A DNA stretch of 64,000 bases, from contig CAVXTH010000006.1 in the NCBI GenBank assembly GCA_963764625.1, positions 64,001 to 128,000 on the forward strand, given 5' to 3'. The notes under the pieces were generated by a model. The model was not told the DNA's origin. It did no database searches and was given only the letters and a program-made list of their open reading frames with translations. Within the stretch, counting starts at the first letter, position 1. Each line of letters opens with the position of its first letter. This DNA is from Candidatus Krumholzibacteriota bacterium. Lineage in GTDB: Bacteria; Krumholzibacteriota; Krumholzibacteriia; JAJRXK01. Shown one piece after another: positions 58,992 to 64,000 of the stretch. A program made the translations under genes and the position numbers.

Positions 58992-61427
58992 GTGGCGCGT
59001 TCGCGCAGCACCGAAGAGGAACGCAGCCTGAGGCTCCTCGAATTCCCTGCTCTGTTGGAACTAGTGGCGGAGCACTGCGCCAACCCGCGTGCCGCGGCGA
59101 GGCTCAGAAATCTTTTGCCCAACCCCCGGATGGACGAATTAAAGGTGCTGTGGGCCTGGGTGGAGGAACTCCTCGAGTTGCTACGTGGCGGAGAAGATCC
59201 TCCTCTGGGAGAGATCCTCGACCTCCAGAAGAGCTTGGGGGAGGACGAGAGGATTCCCGGACCCCTGGAAGCGGCGGAACTGGCCGCGGTAGGCGCCGCC
59301 TGCCGCGAGCTCTCCTCTCTCCTGCGCTTTGTTCGTGGCCATGCCGACGAACTCCCGCTCAGCGTGGAGCGGTTTGCAAGGAGCGAAGATCCAGGGACTC
59401 TGGGCGACCATCTCCTCAGTGCGCTCGAACCGGACGGGCGCCTCAAGGATGGGGCGAGCGGAAGCCTGCGTTCGCTTCGTGCCGCGGTACAGGCCGCGCT
59501 GGCCCAGGTCCGTAGAACGGCGCAGGCGGAGATGCAGCAGGCCAGCGCCAAGGGCTGGACGACGGCCGACGAACTCGTTCTGCGGGGCGACCGCTTCTGC
59601 ATTCCCCTGCGCGCCTCCGATCGCACGCGGGTGGAGGGAGTGATCCACGACCGCAGTTTCACCGGTCAGACTCTTTTCGTGGAAGCTCTGCCGGTGGTGG
59701 AGTCTTCCAATCAACTGCAAGAGGCGCGGCTCAATGTCCAAGAGGAGGAGGCGCGGATCCTGAGGCGCCTCAACGTGGAGGTGAGCGCCGCGGCCAAGGG
59801 ACTGCTCGAGCTCCATCGGGGCGCGATCGAAGTGGACTCTCTGCGGGCTCGTGCGCGCTGGGGACTGAAGCATGACGCGTTCGTGCCCCGGTTCTTCAGC
59901 CTGGGCTCGGCTCCGCTGAGACTGCGCGGCTTTCGACACCCGCTCCTGCAGGCGAGTCTTCGCCGGAGCGGTCGAGAGCGAGAGCTCATTCCGCTCGATC
60001 TGACCCTGGACGAATCCGACCGTGTGCTCTTGCTGAGTGGACCCAATGCCGGTGGCAAGACCGTGGTGCTCAAGTCGGTGGGGTTGGCGGCCTGCATGGT
60101 GCAGACCGGCATTCCCTTGCCCACCGAATCCGCGCCCGAGATCCCCGTCTTCGACAAGATCTACCTGGAACTCGGTGACGATCAGTCTCTGGCGAATGCA
60201 CTCAGTCACTTCAGCGCCCATCTCTCGCACCTGAAGGCCATGCACGAGGAGGCGACCGCGGAGAGCCTCGTCCTGCTGGATGAAGTGGGAGGGGGGACCG
60301 ATCCCGCGGAAGGGGTCGCGCTCGCGCGGGCCTACCTGGAAATCCTGGCGGAAACGGCGGGCCGGGTGTTGGCCACCACGCACTATGGTCAGTTGAAAGC
60401 CCTGGTGCACGAGCGCGAGGAGTTTCGCAACGCCTCGATGGCCTACGACGCGCAGCGTCTGCTCCCCTTGTTCCGGCTGGTGATGGATGCGCCGGGAGCG
60501 TCGCGAGGACTCCAGATGGCGGCCAGGATGGGACTCGACCCGCGGATTCTCTCCCGCGCGGAGGAGTTGGCGGAAGACGACAGCCTCAGGTTGAACGCGG
60601 TGCTGGTGGCGATGGAGGATGAACGAGAGGTTCTCACCCGCGCGCGCAAAGAGGCCGAGAGGGAGCTGGCGGTGCTCGCCAGGGAACGCGGGGAGTTCGA
60701 ATCCAGGGCGCGGGAGATCAAGCAACAGCGGCGTGAGATCCTGGATCGGGCTGAGCGCGAGGCGGAGGGCATCGTGCGCCGGGCCCGCGCGCGCATCGAG
60801 TCTCTTCTGGCCGAGATTCGCGCGGAAGGAGCCGATGCCTCTCAGATCGCGGCTGCCGCGCAGCGGGCTCGCGAGGAAGTGGACCGCCGGGCCGAGAGCT
60901 TGCGGCGCAGTCTGGCCGCGCGCCGAACGCCGCTCCGCGGGCACCGGCCCGCCCGGGTCGAAGTGGGGGCAGTTGTGCATCACGCGAGTTCGGGACTGAC
61001 CGGTACGATCGTGGAGATTCGCGGCAACCGCGTGGTGCTCTTGGGCAAGGGACGCAGGGTGCAGGTGCCGGCCGAGGAGCTGGTGGAACCCGAAGGCCAG
61101 GCCCTGGATCCACTCGCCGGGACAAAAGGCGAGCCGGGGACGCGCGGGGGAGGGATCCGGCTGCCTGAGGTGGATGCGAGTGCGGTGGCCAGTCGCGTCG
61201 ACGTGCGCGGTTACGAGGTGGAGGAGGCGTGGATGGCGGTGGACAAGGCCATCGACCGCTGTGTCCTGGCGGATACGCGAGTTCTGGAAGTGGTGCACGG
61301 AAAGGGAACCGGGACGCTGCGGCGCGAGCTGCACGCGCGCCTGGACCGAGATCCCCGCGTTCTGGCTTTGAGTCTGGCCGACGGTCGGCGAGGAGACGAC
61401 GGCCTCACGCTGGTGAATCTGAGCTGA
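58992..61427 (+). CDS. mutS2: endonuclease MutS2
   Basis: LEF, HPLL, SGPNAGGKT, DE.G.GTDP.EG, TTHY, Smr domain HGKGTG. Confidence 0.95.
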   Translation: MARSRSTEEERSLRLLEFPALLELVAEHCANPRAAARLRNLLPNPRMDELKVLWAWVEELLELLRGGEDPPLGEILDLQKSLGEDERIPGPLEAAELAAVGAACRELSSLLRFVRGHADELPLSVERFARSEDPGTLGDHLLSALEPDGRLKDGASGSLRSLRAAVQAALAQVRRTAQAEMQQASAKGWTTADELVLRGDRFCIPLRASDRTRVEGVIHDRSFTGQTLFVEALPVVESSNQLQEARLNVQEEEARILRRLNVEVSAAAKGLLELHRGAIEVDSLRARARWGLKHDAFVPRFFSLGSAPLRLRGFRHPLLQASLRRSGRERELIPLDLTLDESDRVLLLSGPNAGGKTVVLKSVGLAACMVQTGIPLPTESAPEIPVFDKIYLELGDDQSLANALSHFSAHLSHLKAMHEEATAESLVLLDEVGGGTDPAEGVALARAYLEILAETAGRVLATTHYGQLKALVHEREEFRNASMAYDAQRLLPLFRLVMDAPGASRGLQMAARMGLDPRILSRAEELAEDDSLRLNAVLVAMEDEREVLTRARKEAERELAVLARERGEFESRAREIKQQRREILDRAEREAEGIVRRARARIESLLAEIRAEGADASQIAAAAQRAREEVDRRAESLRRSLAARRTPLRGHRPARVEVGAVVHHASSGLTGTIVEIRGNRVVLLGKGRRVQVPAEELVEPEGQALDPLAGTKGEPGTRGGGIRLPEVDASAVASRVDVRGYEVEEAWMAVDKAIDRCVLADTRVLEVVHGKGTGTLRRELHARLDRDPRVLALSLADGRRGDDGLTLVNLS

Positions 61428-61549
61428 GCGGCTCAGTCCGCCCGGTCGCTCTCTCCCGCCTGTGCTTCCGGATTGGCCGAAGCGCGGCCCGCAGCCTACC
61501 TTTTCCCGTGGTCGCCCCTTCCACGCTCGTACTGCAATTTCTGAAGTTC

Positions 61550-63307
61550 ATGGCGCTACATATTCCACAGGACGTGATCGAGAAGATCCGGAGCGAGACC
61601 CCGATCGAAGAAGTGGTGCGTCACTTCGTTCCCCTTCAGCCCTCGGGTCGCACTTTCAAGGCGCGTTGTCCCTTCCACAACGAAAAGACGCCCTCCTTCC
61701 ACGCGATTCCCGAGAAGCAGATTTTCTACTGCTACGGCTGTCAGAAGGGAGGCGACGTCTTCCGTTTCCTCATGGAGAAGGAGGGGATGAGTTTCCCCGA
61801 ATCGGTGGAATGGTGCGCGAGTCGTTTGGGGCTGGACCTCAGCCGTTACGCGGCGGAAGAACCCTCGGCCAGCAACCGGGCTCACCTGTACGAAGCCACC
61901 GCCTGGGCCCAAGATTGGTTCGTCGAGCAGCTGCAGACCGAGGGCGGAAGCGCGGCGCGCCGCTACGCGCGGGAAAGGGGGCTCAAGCCGGAGACCCTGG
62001 AGATCTTCGGTGTCGGCTACGCGCCCGAGGACGGAAACGAACTGGTGGAGGCGGCGGCGAAGGCGAAAATCTCGACCGAGACCCTGTTGCAGGTGAGTCT
62101 GCTGGGACGGAAAGCGCAGCAGCCTCCCTTTGCCTATTTCCGATCGCGACTTATATTTCCGATTCGAGGGGTCGCATCGAAGATCCACGGTTTCGGCGGC
62201 AGAATCCTGGGGCCAAGAGAGCCCAAGTACTTGAACTCGCCCGAAACCTCCATCTTCCAGAAGCGTTCTATTCTCTACGGACTCTCCCACGCGCGTTCGC
62301 AGATCATCCGCGCCAAGAGGGCGATCCTGGTGGAGGGGTATATCGATGCCCTCATGCTCCATCAGGCGGGATGGGGCCAGACCGTTGCCACCTGCGGCAC
62401 CTCGTTCACGAAGGAGCAAGCGCGAACTCTGCGGCGCTACGCGGAGTCGGTCGATTTGCTCTTCGACGGCGACACGGCGGGCAGAAAGGCTGCCTTCAAG
62501 GCCGCCGACATGGCTCTCGCCGCCGGTCTGGATGTTCGCATCGTTCGGATCCCCATGGGAAAGGATCCGGCGGACTTGCTTTTGGATGGTGAGGTTGCCC
62601 TCTTGCGACAGGCAATCGACAGTGCACTCAGCCTGGTGGCCTCACTGGCCGCGGAGGTTGCCGAGCGGGGCAATCGCCGCGAGATGAAAGAGCATGCCCT
62701 GCATCACGTTCGTGAGACCCTGAGCAAGGTTGAAGATCCCATCCGGGCCGAGCTGATGGCCCAGGAGGCGGCGGTAGCCTTCGGGGTGCGCCCCGGGCTT
62801 CTGTTGGCCGCCGACGGGCGCCGCACGGCTGCGCCCGCGGAGAAAACCCATCAAGAGTCCGAGAAAGCTCCGACCGACGAAGGACCCTGGTTCGAGAACG
62901 AACTGGCCATCCTGCGATTCGCCATGGCGAGCCGGGCCTCCAGGCATCGGCTCTTCGAGATCCTGGCGGCCGAGGACTTTCGCAGCGACACTCTTCGCGA
63001 GATCTTTATCGCCCTGCACGAGATCGACGGTGAACTGGAGGAAAGCTGTGACCTGCGCATCCTCGAGAGGGTCTCCTCGGGTACGCAGTCTCTCCTCACG
63101 CGGATCCTGGTGGATCTGCCCGATGAGGGCTTCGATTCGCTGGCGGAGCTGAATGCGGCGCTTCACCAGCGCAGCGATTTGGGCTTGCGCGAGCAGACCG
63201 TTGCACGAAGGGAACAAATGAAACGGAAGTACCTGGCCGGGGAAGAGTGGCGGGGTGAACTTCCCAAGACCGAAGAAACCGACATCGTCGAGAGCGATGG
63301 AGTCTGA
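61550..63307 (+). CDS. dnaG: DNA primase
   Basis: CPFH.EKTPSF..CYGC, FGGR, PKYLNSPET, EGYID, FDGD. Confidence 0.97.
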   Translation: MALHIPQDVIEKIRSETPIEEVVRHFVPLQPSGRTFKARCPFHNEKTPSFHAIPEKQIFYCYGCQKGGDVFRFLMEKEGMSFPESVEWCASRLGLDLSRYAAEEPSASNRAHLYEATAWAQDWFVEQLQTEGGSAARRYARERGLKPETLEIFGVGYAPEDGNELVEAAAKAKISTETLLQVSLLGRKAQQPPFAYFRSRLIFPIRGVASKIHGFGGRILGPREPKYLNSPETSIFQKRSILYGLSHARSQIIRAKRAILVEGYIDALMLHQAGWGQTVATCGTSFTKEQARTLRRYAESVDLLFDGDTAGRKAAFKAADMALAAGLDVRIVRIPMGKDPADLLLDGEVALLRQAIDSALSLVASLAAEVAERGNRREMKEHALHHVRETLSKVEDPIRAELMAQEAAVAFGVRPGLLLAADGRRTAAPAEKTHQESEKAPTDEGPWFENELAILRFAMASRASRHRLFEILAAEDFRSDTLREIFIALHEIDGELEESCDLRILERVSSGTQSLLTRILVDLPDEGFDSLAELNAALHQRSDLGLREQTVARREQMKRKYLAGEEWRGELPKTEETDIVESDGV

Positions 63308-63357
63308 TTCCATCGTCTGGGCTTTGAGAGCGCTCAACAAGGGGACGATTTCGCACG

Positions 63358-64000
63358 ATGAAAAAGGCGATTTTCAACCGGCTCATCGGTCAGCTCAAGG
63401 AGAAGGCCCAGACCCACGGCGGCTACGTGCTCCACGACGAGATCAACAGTCTCCTTTCGGACGAATTCGACATTGGCGAGCTGGATCGAATCTACGACCG
63501 CCTGGGTGACCTTCGGATCGAGTTCTTCGATTCGGAAGAATCGGCCCGTCGCAGAATGGAGCTTCGCGAACGAAAGCGCCTCAAGAAGCTCCGGGCAGAG
63601 AAGCAAGCCACTCGCACTCACGTGAAATACGACGATCCGGTGCGGATGTATCTGCGCGAGATGGGGAAGGTACCCTTGCTCGATCGCGCCGGTGAGGTTC
63701 GCCTCGCCAAGCGCATGGAAGAAGGAAATCTCCGCGTAGTGAAGGCCATGCTCGAGTCGGCCAACACCATCGACGAATTACGCACCCTCGGCGACCGTCT
63801 GTCCCGGGAAGTCCTCGCCGTCGACGACGTCATCCAGACCGACGCGTCTTCGTGGAGCGTCAACACCACTCCCAAGAAGGAAAGCCAGCGCCTTCTGCGC
63901 GCCTGTGATCGCATCTCCAAGTGGCAGGCGGAAATCGCCGCGTCCACTCGGGAGCTCTCCGAGCTTCCCACTCCTGCCCGGGAGAAGACGCTGGAGAAGA
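63358..64000 (+). CDS. rpoD: RNA polymerase primary sigma factor (3' truncated by window; absent from the ORF track)
   Basis: Translated from ATG 63358: region 1.1, then DDPVRMYLREMGKVPLL; follows dnaG. Confidence 0.95.
   Translation, partial: MKKAIFNRLIGQLKEKAQTHGGYVLHDEINSLLSDEFDIGELDRIYDRLGDLRIEFFDSEESARRRMELRERKRLKKLRAEKQATRTHVKYDDPVRMYLREMGKVPLLDRAGEVRLAKRMEEGNLRVVKAMLESANTIDELRTLGDRLSREVLAVDDVIQTDASSWSVNTTPKKESQRLLRACDRISKWQAEIAASTRELSELPTPAREKTLEK

Overview
High-GC bacterial chromosome segment, mostly core genome. LPS genes (waaA, GT9), a GWxTD-type protein and a diderm-type DnaK insert point to a diderm organism, possibly an FCB-associated candidate phylum (inference only). Housekeeping content: rpmB, ccsA-hemA-hemD, queE-queC, two CBS/DUF21 genes, mazG, uvrA, galE, glmM-glmS-ridA, lepA(frameshifted)-lepB-hemW-hrcA-grpE-dnaK-dnaJ-rsmE, yqeY-cvpA-mutS2-dnaG-rpoD(partial), and tRNA-Phe, -Thr and -Sec. 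Most notable: (1) two type IV minor-pilin operons, one classical with PilY1 and one lacking PilY1 in which the PilW-type pilin is a 993-aa fusion carrying SdrD-B-like repeats and FG-GAP-like repeats; (2) four sigma54-type -24/-12 sites, ahead of both pilin operons, a HAMP-only membrane protein and a two-component pair, two of which share an upstream motif at identical spacing; (3) an unannotated, highly structured ~200-nt RNA candidate on the minus strand at about 3620-3820; (4) a 1266-bp IS with IS6-like ends, an IS1-like zinc-ribbon transposase and no target duplication, sitting in the dnaK stop codon. All calls are by eye; no database search was run.
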